The notes beneath the pieces were generated by a model that saw nothing but the letters and a program-made list of their open reading frames with translations, was not told the DNA's origin and made no database searches. A DNA stretch of 64,000 bases from Enoplolaimus lenunculus (lineage: Eukaryota): positions 124,001-188,000 of the forward strand of contig JASANG010000864.1 in NCBI GenBank assembly GCA_030248215.1, in the 5' to 3' direction. Of the stretch, positions 13,301 through 27,000 are shown in pieces; the first letter of the stretch is position 1; the number at the start of each line of letters is the position of its first letter. Position numbers and translations under genes: made by a program.

Positions 13301-16300
13301 ATAGTTAAGACTTTATACAGCGAATTTTTGATTTTCTGCTACTAGGGGAAGAGTATTATAAGTATATTCCTAAGCCTAAAAGTCTAAGCCTCAGCCTAAG
13401 CCTAACTCTAAGCCTAAGCGTAAGAATGAGCATATTCCTAAGACTAAGCCAAAGCCTAAGAAGCCAAGCAAAAAAATTAGTCTAAAGCTTAAGCTTACTC
13501 TACTGCAGTCTCACAAAAAACATTCCGCCCGTGATCTGCATATAGGCCAATAGTTCCAATAACTGCTATTTTGACGTCAGAAGACTTGATAACAATTACA
13601 TATTGTTAGGCTACGGTCACCTGGCACCCAAAACCGATTTCGGCAAAGCAGCAACAGCGATCTATTCGCTATTCGGCATACCACTATTTCTGGTCATCCT
13701 AAGCGTTGTTGGCCGTGGCATGGTTTTGACTGTAACTCGGTTATACGAGCTACTGCTCCGAACGGTTTCAAATTGCCGTGACGGAATTCAAAATTTCTTT
13801 CGACGTCGAAAACTCGCCAAAAAGAAAGCAATTTCGTTCCTGCTGGTAAACCCGGAAGTAGTCGAGCAATCGCAACAAAATGTCACTCCACAAACAGCGA
13901 AACAAATCACTGCCGAATTTCCGCTGTCAGCTGCGTTGTGTATGCTGGTTGTTTGGTTGTTCGCGTGTGCTGGCATATTTTGTGCGTGGGAACGAAACTG
14001 GTCCTACTGGACTTCGGTGTATTTTATGTTTATATCGATGACAACCATTGGATTAGGTATAAAAACTTTTCTGAATAAATTTTTTTAGTTTATCGTCTAT
14101 TGGTTAGGCTATGTTTATTCTATGCGCTCAAATTTATAAACGAAACCATTTTGTATTTGCGGTTGCACAATGGCGTCTGCGGAAAATTTGAGCTGGCCGG
14201 GTATCATAAATTTTAGGCAGGCATGCAGTCATGAAAATATGAACACACCACTCCTGTTTATCCACGGTTTACATTAATAAATTTTGCTGTGCCACCGGGA
14301 ATGACATGAGGTAGGGTTAACATGTGGCAATTTTAAAAAGTGTCACTCGTTAACCCTACCTTACCACAAATTTTCAATATAACCCTGCCCTATGTCGTGT
14401 CACAAAAATTTTTGTGACACAACATAGGGTAGGGTTAACGCTTAGCAGAACACCCACAGCACATAAACAAACTTAACACATACACCGTGTGTGTCGACTT
14501 ACGTGTTAGAAAATACAATAAACATATATGTATAATATAACTAATAAAGCCGAAGCCTAAGCCTAAGCCTAAACAAAAAAATAGTCTAAAGCTTAAACTG
14601 ACTCTATTATATCCACTCTGGAAAACGATCTGGCCCTGTTCTATACATGGACCCATTGATGTAAATACTCTTTCGCAAGTAAAATGCACTTTATTTCGTG
14701 CTCTGCCCATGTGAAGACCACGGGCGGATCGATGTTCCGCGGGACCGCAATAAAGTAAGCTTAAGCTTTAGACTATTTTTTGGTTAGGCTTAGGCTTAGG
14801 TATTGGCTTAGGTATAGGGCGATCCTTGCGCTTACGCTTAGGTTTAAGAATATGCATATACTGCTGCCGTACGTTAGTGTTCTATACATTGACCCATGCT
14901 CCGATAAGTTACAAGAAGGTTGAGAAAACAGCCGATTACACTAGATGGTGAAGGTAACAATCGAAGATAGTTCTTAGATAAGAGTGTGCAACTGACGAAC
15001 GTATGGAAGCTAATTATGACGCTTGAAACACAAAATTTGCATATGCTTCTTAAAAATTTAAACAGAGCCCTCCTGCAGTGAGAATATTTTCCCGTCTGAA
15101 ATTGAACAAATCTGTCAATTATATACAACCCCCATCCTCATAGATGTGTAGGGTACGCTGAAAAAACAATTCAACGCTTGTTACATTCGTTGGTACCCAG
15201 AATGCGTCCAGTTGCATACTCTGTTTTAAGTATAGTGACCATATTTGATTTAGGCGATGTAGTCCCTGATCATCCACGCTACATGGCAGCGTTATTTCTG
15301 TTGGTTATGGTCGGACTCGCCCTAGTTTCAATGTGCGTCAATATAGTTCAAATGCGTATCGAGCGACTGTTCGAAGAAATGCTTCTTGAACTAATGGATT
15401 CGTACGATATGGTTGATGATGAATACGCCCAAATCGATCCTAAATTGTACAACCGGAAATGTACCCAGTTGGACCCGTTCAATTATCTGCGGTCCCCGGG
15501 TAGCCAAGCTAACTTATCGCGAAAACTAGCCCTGGCGAACGCTGTAGCCCGCCGACGGGAATTATCACCACAGGCATCATCAGGTCTTCGGAACAGTCCG
15601 AACCGTTTTGGTGCGAGGTTAAGCTTACGCTCAGCATTGCTGTCTGCAGTCACTGGAGCTCAGCCTGGCGAACGAACAGCCCCGGAGGTAACAGAAATCA
15701 AACGGGTACGGCGAAATGTGCATTTAAGATCGTCGTGTTCTGAGGATCAGCCTAATCCGTGCGCAGAATACTGCGCTCAAACTTCCCGATGTTCACAGAT
15801 GAACGATGAGCGCAATACGTACCGAGACCGCTTTCTATATTCTTTGATGAGCAGGCGACGAAAAAATGCGCTTCGTATACAAATGCTTCATACGTCACTG
15901 ATGCAAAGCCGTAGTACACAAACTGATATAAGTTGCCCAATTTTAACAAGCAACCAAGCCATAACCTCGCTAGAACTATGTCCAATTTGTGGAAGTATAC
16001 CGTTTCAGTTCGCCGATGACATAGCTACAGTCAGCTCTCAGCCAGAGTCGGATTGCGTTCAGCAATTGCTGCATCCGCGGAAAGTGATTTATTCAGTAGA
16101 AAACTTACCACAACCAGAAATGGCGCAGCCCACAATCGACTCTCTCTGCCGCACGTCGCTTACAGCGTTATTGCTGGATCCAATTTATTTGACGGATATC
16201 AACTCAAGATCATTTCCGCCACCCAACTCGCGAACACCTGATTTGAGAAAGACTCAGTCTTGGTGCCATGGGATCGACCAAGAACCATTAGAAAACAACC

Positions 16301-16566
16301 AGAATAATGCATTTTCACAGCATTCGAGTGATGACATTTTAGTTTCGGATTTCGTCGAAACACACCCTCCACTTCATGGAAGTTTGAGACATATGCCAAC
16401 AACGCAAGGTGGTGACGGTCAAGACTTTGATTCAGGAACCGGAACTGCAGACGAAGCTGAACAACCCGGAACAACCGCTGGAGCCAATTCGATGTCCAGA
16501 AACATGGAAAACGATGAAAAATTAAGTAAAAATTTGGATTCGTATTTGTATGAATGTTGGGTGTAA
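10338..16566 (+). CDS. Two-pore-domain potassium channel (TWK/K2P family); 4 exons
   Basis: Exons 10338-11267, 12137-12335, 13610-14056, 15254-16566. M1 (IVILVAYSFVGAGVFVWAE), pore 1 (WDLWGALFYAGTLYTTIG|YGH), M2 (YSLFGIPL), M3, pore 2 (WSYWTSVYFMFISMTTIGLG|DVVP) and M4 are all present. Both selectivity filters are split by phase-1 introns that join in frame. Confidence 0.93.
12001..12110 (+). mobile_element. Internally deleted Merlin-like MITE
   Basis: Perfect 8-bp TSD gatatttc (11993-12000 and 12111-12118). Ends in GATCTTTACATTGGCC. Confidence 0.8.
12465..13185. repeat. 33-bp minisatellite, about 21 units, in K2P intron 2
   Basis: Unit GACAATTTGTGGCCCCGAAAGATCGTCGACCCC, highly homogeneous. 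Confidence 0.95.
13344..13548 (+). mobile_element. TTAGGC-bearing Merlin-like MITE, 5' truncated
   Basis: A run of (CCTAAG)-like units and the right end TTCCGCCCGTGATCTGCATATAGGCC. Confidence 0.75.
14704..14894 (-). mobile_element. TTAGGC-bearing Merlin-like MITE
   Basis: Ends GCCCATGTGAAGA...TATACATTGACC and internal ttaggcttaggcttagg. A partial copy lies at 14545-14652. Confidence 0.7.
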
Positions 16567-17090
16567 AAAGGTGTAGGTATGGAGCAAACAGATGGTAAAA
16601 ATATTAACACAAACGAATACTAATCAAAATAATAGAAACGGAAAAGAATAGTGAAGTATAACAGGTTCAAAGATGTCATATGTTTCTGCCGTACCAAAAT
16701 CCAGGCCTGCAAATATTCACTGGGCTTTTAAAGTTATAAAAAAGAAACGGCTTGTATATATACACTGAAATTTTTAAGATTTTGGATGAATTTCGTAATT
16801 GTTATTTCATATCAATCAGTTGCAACGTACCTTTTAATAAAAACTGCGAGATATGTACTTCGTTTATAACTAATTTTGGGTATAAAACTGACACGAAAGC
16901 GGACATTCATTTTTACCAGAAACGGATTTCTGGTTACTCCCTTGTATAGAGCATTTTCTTTCGATACCTCTACGTCTGGGTACCAAACGAATGGTTTATA
17001 CCAAAAATTTCAAAAAACGAAAACTGCACTCGGATACATTCAGTTATTATTTTAGTTGGGTCAGCACTATTAAATTGACTACATATTTAA

Positions 17091-17355
17091 CCCTTTCTTA
17101 CATGAATATTTTGTATTCCCCCTAGAGACATACTTTTATGCTAGGATTCGAACTCCAGTGACTGGAGTGGGAGGCGTATACCATCAGCACTGAGCTATAG
17201 AAGCTTGACGCTCGAGCCCGAGGGGTCTCTCACGTCTTGTGGTGATTTAGTACTATGTATACGTGTTGCAATTGTTAAACACGGTGTGATATATACTATT
17301 TATAACGTATATACACTGCGCTGAGTTGTCTATAGGCAACTCAATGTGAGAAGGG
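17091..17355 (-). mobile_element. piggyBac-type MITE with tRNA-like Pol III cassette
   Basis: ttaa|CCCTTTCTTACAT...ATGTGAGAGGGG|ttat. Highly similar to the copies at 39652 and 47852. Confidence 0.85.
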
Positions 17356-17547
17356 GTTATAGATAAACTGAAAATTTTTCGCTTAAGGGCCGCAAAATTC
17401 ACTAAATATTTGTTTAAGGTTCATATCTTTAATATCAAAGGCACGTTTACTAAAAATTACAACTGTACAGATGCCCAACTTTGGGTTCTTAACTTGCTAA
17501 ATAATATAATATATATTCTGATTTACAAAGGTATAAAAGTGAGAACT

Positions 17548-18940
17548 GAAATTTTCGCGAAGCGTTTTATGTTTTGTACCTGGGGGCGAAAGGTGGATGT
17601 CCGTCCGTCCGTCGGTCCGTCGGTCCGTCTGTCCGTCTGTCCGTCTGTCTGTCTGTCCGTCCGAAAACAATCTCAGGAACGGCTGAACCGATTTCTATAA
17701 ATTTTTTTGTTTGAAAGCCAATTATCCTGGGGTGTTAACCGCGTATTGGGGTTTTAAAATTTTAAGCCGTTTATTAGCTACAGGCTTATTTGCATAATTA
17801 ATTAAGCTTGAATTAGGACTTTACACAATGCTTCACTAATTATTACAGTTAGAAGCAATCTAATTTTAGCATTAAAAAGTTTCTGGATGCGACAAATCTG
17901 CGTGGACTGTTTACAAACCCCCAAAACCGATAACAGAGCAGTTAGCTAATAGATAATTTGCATATTAGCATAGTTTATAAGCCTAAATTAGGACTTTTTA
18001 CAATATTTCACTAATTATTTCACTAATTATTACAGTTAGAAGCAATATAAATTCAGCACTAAAGGGTTTTTAGGTTCGAGGAATTTGAATAAAGTGTTGA
18101 CAAACATCCAAAACCGATAATTGAATGGTTAGCTAATAGCTAATTTGCATATTAGCTTAATTGACGAGACAAAATTAGGACTTTATAAATTATTTCAATA
18201 ATTTAAGGGAAAAAAAAAAACAAACCCAAAACTATAATTGAATAGTTTAAGCTAATTGCATATTAGCTAAAAGACTTTTTAAATTATTTCAATAATTAAT
18301 TATTAGGGTTTACTGAAGATGCGAAACAACAAACAAACGGAAAACCAAACAAGTAGCAGTAGCTAATTTGCATATTAGCTTAATTGACAAGGCAAAATTA
18401 GGACTTTATAAATTATTTCAATAATTATTAGGGTTTACTGAAGGTTATTTGGTGCGAGGAATCTGAATAAATTGTTTACAAACGTGTAAAACCGAAATTG
18501 AGTAGTTAGCTAATAGATAATTTGCATGTAAGCATATTTGATAAGCATAAATTAGGCGCTTTTACAATGTTTCACGAATTATTAGGGTTACAAGCAATCT
18601 AATTTCAGCAATAATGGGTTTTCAGGTGCGAGGAATTTGAATAATTTGTCTACAAACCTTTAAAAACGACTATCGAATAGTTAGCTAATAGATGATTTGC
18701 ATATTTGCTTAATTGACGAGACAAAATTAGGACTTTTTAAACTATTCCAATAATTATTAGGGTGGTTGAAGGGTTTTTGGGTGCGAGGAATCTGAAGAAA
18801 TTGCTTACAAACCTCCAAAAGCGATAAATGAATAGTTAGCTAATAACTAAGTTGCATATTACCATAATTGCTTACGTGTGTTCGAGCTTCACTCAATAAA
18901 TGATCCCACTACGACTGGTTTCGATTTGAAATCAGAAAGC
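17548..18940 (+). mobile_element. DINE-1/HINE (Helentron-associated)-like element with a (GTCC/GTCT)n microsatellite and about 6 internal repeats of 155-185 bp
   Basis: GTCY microsatellite at 17599-17662 followed by AATCTCAGGAACGGCTGAACCGATT. AATTAGGACTTT-like anchors recur at about 17811, 17986, 18172, 18395, 18550 and 18724. The 3' sequence GAGCTTCACTCAATAA is inverted relative to the family's 5' end. Confidence 0.75.
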
Positions 18941-18971
18941 AAATTCATAAAACAGCGCATTTTTTAAAATT

Positions 18972-19167
18972 GGCCCATGTAAAGATCAGGGGCGGAGAAT
19001 TTTTCTTTTTGATTACAATAGAGTATATAAAGCTTATAGCTTTAGATTAATTTTTTTGCTTGGTTAGGCTTAGGCTTTAGGCTAGGCTTAGGAATTTGCT
19101 TATTCTTACCCTTTTGCTTAGGCTTTGGAATATGCTTACTGTTCTGCCCCTGTTCTTCACATTGACC
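18972..19167 (-). mobile_element. TTAGGC-bearing Merlin-like MITE
   Basis: TIRs GGCCCATGTAAAGATCAGGGGCGGA / CTGCCCCTGTTCTTCACATTGACC with internal ttaggc repeats. No TSD recognisable. Confidence 0.8.
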
Positions 19168-21038
19168 GAAATTTTCAACATCTTTGATTTTGAATATTAT
19201 ATGGTTGCATTTTGCAATTTTTAAAACAAGCGTAAGACGGAGGGCGAACGGTTTGGTGCGGAGGATAGGGTTTAAAAGCCTAAACGAGGGCAGCTTGGGA
19301 CACGTTTTGACCCTAACATTTTGTCTGCATATAGACCCTATATGGCAATCAAAAATTCGTATTTGCCTGCTATTATGTGTGGGTTACCTTTTGTTCTTCA
19401 ATGCTCTCAGCCCGGATGCAACCGCCTAGCACACATGCGGTGCAATGTGTAATATTGAACGTGCGCATAGCGGATAAGAATGCCGCACGCGCTTACTGCC
19501 CAATTCGGCGGTGCGCTTATGACGTAGCCCCATGTTAGTCTGGGCAGAATGGGAACTATATATACGTTAATTAAGTAGCTGAAAAAGCAGGCACACCAGG
19601 AGGTTTCCAGCTACGGCCTTCGACTACTCAAACAAACGGACCGCCATAACCCCACGTAGTTCGCCTTTTAAACTGTACTTACGGTCAATTATAGGTCGAT
19701 ATGTGTGCTTTCGGCATGTGCTAACATCGGCAAATCATGTTTTACTTGCGAAGATAATATTAAACATTTAGCTAGTGGCGGCATACTAAATATCGTTTGT
19801 ACATAACGTATTTCGAAAACAATGAAGGATTGCCGAGTAGCCCGCTTATGCACATGCTGATAATGGGGTGATGTGGACTGGTTTGAGGTTGAAAGCCTCA
19901 TCATCCATAGTGGGCGTCGGCAATTCCTTTCAGTTTATGTATGCTTTTTTTAGCTTGAAATATACTCATAGTTTGTCTGCTTTTGTTTGAAATTTATTAG
20001 TTGACATATGCTTTTTCAGTTGTATGTGAAATTATACATATATTAATGTCATTGTTACAGAAGTTTTTACGACGTTCGATACATGGTCCATGCGCTTGGT
20101 TGATTACCAACTGCCTTTTTTCATGAAACCGTTGTACGCTCCTAATCCTGGGTCCGATGTTAGCGTACTATTGCAGTGGGCAGGAAAATGGCATTTTAAT
20201 CTAAGCTGGAGAAAACACCGTTTCGCGCATTTGGGTAGGACAATTTTCGTTATGTAGTTTATGTAAAATATGTATAATGTTCGTACTTCTCTGGAAGCGT
20301 GTGCCAATTTTATAGCTAACCGGCCGACAGAATCGAAGAGCTCGTATTTGTCGCATAGAACAATCATGCAATGTATTTAACATATATGTAGTCTATAGAA
20401 ATCCACATAAGTGCCCTAATAAGCACTTCTGCGGACGCTTATGCCTCTTTTGAAATGATAAAAACACGATTTATAGCCAAAGCAAATCTCACATTAGACA
20501 ACGATGTAGAAGTCGCGCACATGATTTACTAAATGTCGAAGGGATTGTCGGCACACGCTTGCCTCCACATGTATTCAGAAAGATGTTAATCGCATTGTGA
20601 CTCCGACTCTACAATTTGACCGAAGCAAAACTCTGTGCTTGTAATCACGTCTTTCAAAGCAAGGCAGTTGGAAGTGGGCCAAAAGTCTGCTATAATAGTT
20701 GTAATGAATAAGGTGTAGTCATTTATTATCGATACAAAGTATCAGCCTGCAATCGTAGATCTACCACTTAATACCCGCTGTTCATTTGAAGCTCGTCAAA
20801 CGTTATATTTTCGCCTATCGATGAAACATTCGTCAGTTTTTACTACTCACCCAGTACCACCAATTTTACAAGGTTCCGAAGAGCATATTCATCGAAAACG
20901 TCCATATAAAGATTACGCATGTCACAAATACTGTGCACTAGCTTATTTGAAAAATAGCCGTCTAGTTCGTACGACTAACAAATTGCGCTTTGATTTCAAC
21001 AATAAGCTACTTGTGCCATATATTACTCTGCGTATAGG

Positions 21039-24000
21039 TTGTTTTCGGAAGGAAACCAGAACAATCGTTAATTGTAAAGATGACATTTATGGTATCTGAT
21101 TTTAGTTTCTGGTTAGTAGCTTTGTTTTCAAAGCTGTTTTTATTGAGTTATAAAAGCATATTGCAAATGTTAGAAAACACAATTATTTATGTTAAGAAGG
21201 TTAACAATAGCAAACACATTCTTACTTCGTTTATTTTAGCTAAAGAAGAAAACATTGTTTGGATTTTGGGAAAGTGTTTTAACACAAAATATGGTCAGTA
21301 CTTCAATTGGTACGGTTTTTATAGGACAGGACAGATTGAATTTTTTGTTCAATTGTTGATGGATTATAAAACTAAGTTTTTTAACCATTATATTTCAATT
21401 TTCGTGTTGCTTAATCTAGTATTGTGTAACGTCGTAAATGATGTACGTACTTGATGTATACGTAGCTTCTTGAGTTGGGAAAATAATTTTATTCGAAGTT
21501 AGGAAGCTATGCAGTGTGTACTTTTTAAGCGTAGGCATAAGCCAAAACACCAAGCTTAGCTTCCCACTCTCTGAGTCTGAGAATGCCCCTGTCTCTCAGT
21601 GGGCAGGCTGCTGTTCTTGACATGGACCACCGTTATTATTAACTTTATTTATTTGATTTTTAGAATCCCTAGAACTTCGGCGTTGTATTCGAGCCATGTT
21701 GTGGTTTTCATATCGTCGACATTTTATGCCAATTTGTACGTTTTCACAACTGTACTCGTATGTAAAATCCGTAAACTTCAGAATACTTTAGATTTTTGGT
21801 TTAAAAGATTTTCTTTCAATACTGGATAAGCTAACATGTATTGGCATTTCGCTGATAAGAGCGGTGGTCGGTAGCCTCCCCCACTCGACCAAATCCCGTA
21901 CTCGGAAAAATCATGCTTGTCTGAAATTTTATTGATAAACTCAACAAAACAAGACACGTGAGTTATCATCACTCCCAAGCTTCAAAATAGCAAATTAAAG
22001 CGAAAATGGCAAAAATACGAAAAAAATTGCTAAATATATAAAAAATATGCGCAAAATTTCAAATTCTTTGCAACGCCCCCGGCACTCATCAAATCTTCTC
22101 GGGTAAATTCTGGGGCACCTCCGAATAGCACCCACTAGAGATTTTGCTAGCGAAGTACTGGTGTATACTGTTCGTGTATTAAAATTAGCAATTCTCATTT
22201 TTCTGTAGTGTTCAAGATCCAGCTTGAAGCGCGATCGCTGTTTTATGTTTATTGTTTTGAGGTTAATTTCCTTTGCTGTTCTAGACGCAACCGATCTGAG
22301 CTCTGATGTCGGTTGGGGTTGTATGCTTCGATGTGCTCAAATGGTTATCGCGAATGCATTGCTGCGAATACATTTAGTGACAGGTATGCGCTTTTATAAT
22401 TTCCGTTTTTAACATACTTTATAAGTAGTTTTTCACTAAAACAAGCTATCGAACATACCTATTGTTTAGAAAGCACAACTACAATGTATTAAAATCTGTG
22501 TAAATCCATAATTATGAACAATTAAGTGGATAATTTTGTTCAATAGAACTTAAGTTTGTCACATGGTTGAATCCTGCGTGGTTTGAGAAGTTTTAATATA
22601 TAGTTATGACAAGGAATTGTAGAGGGGAACAAACCAAGCAGTGAATACATAATGTGGTTGAACTAACAGAAATAGCATCATTTGAAGTGTATGAAATATG
22701 ACAAATATTGGCTTTGCTGTTTATTAAAATCCTTTGCAGAATTAAAGATAAGTCGCAAAGATTTGGTGTATCAACAAATTTTGCGAATGTTTCAAGATAA
22801 ACCCCAGTGTTTGTATTCGATTCATGGAATTGGTAATCGCTCTTTAGCATTGAGACTATTAATTCAATCATTAAACTGAAGATATATCGTTGTCAGCTCT
22901 ATTATATAGCGTGTTTTGTTGGTTTTGTTTTGTGTGTTTTTAACGCATATCTATTTATCTACCGACTCTTACTGATCGCATGAATACTATAGTGTTCATA
23001 TTTATGGTTTGCACATTTCAAGTGCGGATTTTCAGTCTAGTTTTTATGTTGGTACTCATGTAATATCAGAGGTGCTTCTTTAAATTTTTCTCATTTCAAC
23101 TTAATACATAGGGAATACCAATGCTAAACGATTTGCCGAACGAGAATGGTTGCACGAAATTTCTAATTTTAGTTCAGCTCTTTTTACTGCTTGGGATGGA
23201 CGCCAATGTTCCTTGAAGCTTTTTCAAATTATATCAAACGACAATGCTCTAGTTACCATCCTTTTAACGGGTATACGAAGCATGTCTTATGTTGTTAAAA
23301 TGTTGAATAATTTTTTCGATTTAATACTCAGATTATGTAGTATATCTAAACAAATGAAATTTGTTCGTTCCATATTTAATGTATATCACATTTTCGTATT
23401 TCTAGCGCAAATCGGAACATTGGAAGGCAAAATGCCCGGTGAATGGATGGGTCCGAACACAGTTGCGCATGTGTTAAAGTTAGTCTGCTTTATATAACAA
23501 GGACAACTATCTAACTGATTCTTACCTCTAATAACGAGATTAGTTAATATGTGTAGCCATATGAGGGTAAGGGCATCAAGGCGCTTTTGTTGACGCTGAA
23601 TAAATTCACTTCAGCTAATATAAGTTGTGTTATATCATTTGTGGAATTGAATTTTTTGGAAAATTTTCTAAATCATCCTTTCTCAAATTTTTTCACTCTT
23701 ATCAGTTTTATAATTCACTCGACCGTTGTGGTACTACTTTCCGTACAGTAGTGAATTTAAGATAGTGGTGAGATACGGCAATAGATGAATATGCAGCTTC
23801 GTTGTTAGTTTGCTCACCTACTTATTTGCTTTCATGGTCTTTTTTAATTAAATCTCAAAATTGTATACTTCGAGGTATTTCAGAAAACTGTCAGCTGTCG
23901 ATAACTGGTCTAACGTTTACGTGCATGTTGCGATGGACAACATTGTGATAACTAGTGTTATTGATTCTATGTGTTCATCTTCACAAAACTGTATAAGTAC

Positions 24001-27000
24001 AAATGAAATCGATGCCATGCGGTTGTTGGATAGAAAATCCCAGCTGGCAAGTGACCGCTGTGAAAATTCGAAACCGTCCAAAGCATACCACAGAGCACGG
24101 CTGAAACATTCTCTGGAGGAACGCACTTCACGTAGACCTAGCACGGAATTTGTGAAGAAATCTCTTAGGAATAAAGAATCGTCAAGTAGTGGTTTTACGC
24201 AGTTACTAGTCAGGAACTCAAAGCGCAATTCGAATACAGGTGTCGTCAAAGGGAAGCAGATTGCTGGATGCAGCATAGCCGCAGTTAAGCCACCTCACTT
24301 GCAGTTAGAGCCAGAGGTCTTGGATTTAGAAGGAACTAATAGGGTTGGCAGGTTTGTTGAATGCGAAAAATTGCCAGAGACGTTAGAAAGAACAGGTAGA
24401 GCCGAAATGAGGGACTTTAAGTTGTGCCATAAGGATACGGGCTGCAACGTTCCAGTGCATCGTGGTAGCGTTTCGTGCTCTGATATGAAAAGTGAACAGA
24501 TGAATTTGTGTCTCAACGGTGAAAGAAAATTTTCGGCTTGGGCAAGCGATTCTTTTCGGTCGCAAGATGTTTCTTGTAATTCGACAAAAATTTCAACTGA
24601 GGATGGTCACGCCAGCACAAGATCTGATACGGAAAACGTTGCCTCTTCAAACGAGGGTTCAGGTTGTTTGGAGTTTGACCAATGGCAGCGCGTGTCTGCA
24701 CATAAATGGGTCCAAGGATTGCTGCTTATTGTTCCGTTACGGTTGGGACTGAATAATTTTAACCCCGTGTACATTCCAGCGTTAAAAGTAAGCGATCAGT
24801 TTGTATGTTAGTTTATGTCGGGAAGGAACGGATACGCTGAGATATTGGCATAGGTTTTTAAACTTTCCTGTTTTAGGCCAGTGTTGTTTTGAGGAGCGTA
24901 AAACATAAGCCTAAGCCTCAGCAATTGCGGTTACATGCGCAGTTGAAACCGCTACAGCGACCGCGGTTCAAATCGCGACTGCGAACGCGATTAAAATAGC
25001 AACTACCATCGCGTCTCAAACCGCGTTTGAGCAGCGACCGCTCAAAAACGTGGGCTTGGCTACAAAATCGCAACCGCGGTGGACGCAATCGCGGTTTCTG
25101 CACACTTAATTCTGTCCATGAGTGTACCTGTTTCAGTTGTTATGCAAGGTTTTTCACATGTCTCGCTATAATAATATCTCGTGTTTGCGAACTTTATCCT
25201 AGCAAGCACTGGTGGCAGTAGTAAAGCTAACATCGTTTATATTTTAAAAAATGTAAATATATTTGCCAAACGTAGTTTCAATCACTGATGCAGTGTGTTA
25301 TGCGATTGTTGCCTTAATGGTTACTTTGCCATAGTATTGGTTTGTTTTAACGTATATATTTTATTGTCATTTTATGACCTCTGGTAATCGCTGAATTTTT
25401 ATCATGGTGTTTCAGGAGTTTTTCAAACTTCCGCAGTGTCATGGTATTCTTGGTGGACGCCCAAATCATGCGCTTTATTTCATTGGAACAATCGGTATAG
25501 TTACGTTGCATGTTTGCTTTTGATGTTTTTATTTTGGACATCTTTCCTTTATTGTGAAGTCATTTTCAAGCGTATTTTTGGCTGAACATTATAACAGGAC
25601 TTTGTTGGTATCCGAATCAGGTATTTTAGTTATTAGAAAGTCGTGCTCTGAACTGGAGTAGCACCGCAGAGTTTTCTGTTTGATATACTGTAACGAAAAA
25701 AACGAGTGTAGGTACATGTTTTGTTAATTTTTGGCATGGCTGAAAATTCAAATTCGTCTTCAGCTTCGAGTCAAGGTAAAAAGATGGCACATCAATTGCA
25801 AAGCCCGTTGGCAGGACACTCTAGGCCTGTAGACACAATGTGCTGCAACTCCTTCAATAAGTTTTTCTAAGTTAAAAATCATGCATTGTAATTTAAATGC
25901 TAAGAACGAACTTCGGTTTAAACCTTTTTCCATAACTCGAGTAAAACGAAAAGTTGGGAAATAGAGCCATTTAATAATGATTTTTATTTGCAGATAACCA
26001 GTTTATCTACCTCGATCCTCATGAATGCCAGGAATTTGTAAATCTTGATTATGAATTTGACGACTCCACTTATCACTCGCATTCAGTGAATCGAATTGCT
26101 ATTAGTGCAATTGATCCTTCGTTGGCGTTGGTAGGGCACTTTTTCGGTTCGGGGGATCTCAGTTGATGTTCAATTAGGGATTGAAATTATACTTATAAAA
26201 CGGGTGGACAAAAACATGGATTACGGACACCGCTAAGCTTGGGAATAATAAATTTATGCAAAAAATATTCGAAAGAGTTGAATTTTTAGTTCCTGATTTT
26301 TATCTCGCGGGTTTCCTAAAAAGCCCCCATCCGCTCACCAAGCTCTCCGGAGTTGAACCAGAAAGCATCTCTGAAAAAGCATCCCACTCCGGATTGGATT
26401 AGTCAGTATTTCCACAGAATAATAGTAGAAGTTGTGTATTTATTCACTGCGGAATTTTCCTCTTCACATTATTTAAGTGTTATGACGAAATTTTTGTTGC
26501 TTAATGCGAAATTCTCAGTAGCGAGAATTCGTAGTATTTTTCATTAAAATAGATATTTTCAACACCTGCAGCCTTCGTTGAGAACAATACGTATCAGTAT
26601 TAAATGAAATTGGGAACTGTGTAATAGCAAAAGTTGTACACAGATTAGTCCATCACATATTTTTGGTAATAATTGTCTTGAGGCTATTGAAATATTATGA
26701 TTTTAAGGTGTTTTTATGCAATACTCGGTCGGAATTTTTTGATCTTTGCGAACAACTGCGACAGGTAAGAGCGCTTTATTTCTAGAGGTGATAATGTTTT
26801 CTTACTTTTAGCCGCTGAGATTCAGTATTTGCGGAGATCTTGCAAAAAGTGCGCATAGAACATATCACATTACTGCTGCTTTTAGTTAGCGATAGGGGCT
26901 GAATATAATTATTTATGGTGAATGGTGGATTGAAATGTTAACAGTTTTTGTTGGCATATAATGGGAAACTACAATGTGGTCTTTTATAGGTTTTTGATCA

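Noticed and set aside
13360..13500. True telomere or chromosome-fusion scar
   Set aside because: The hexamers are short, degenerate and enclosed within a dispersed TIR element.
20061..21038. First coding exon(s) of ATG4 paralogue 2
   Set aside because: Several candidate ATGs and splice sites with no recognisable conservation; cannot be resolved without transcripts.
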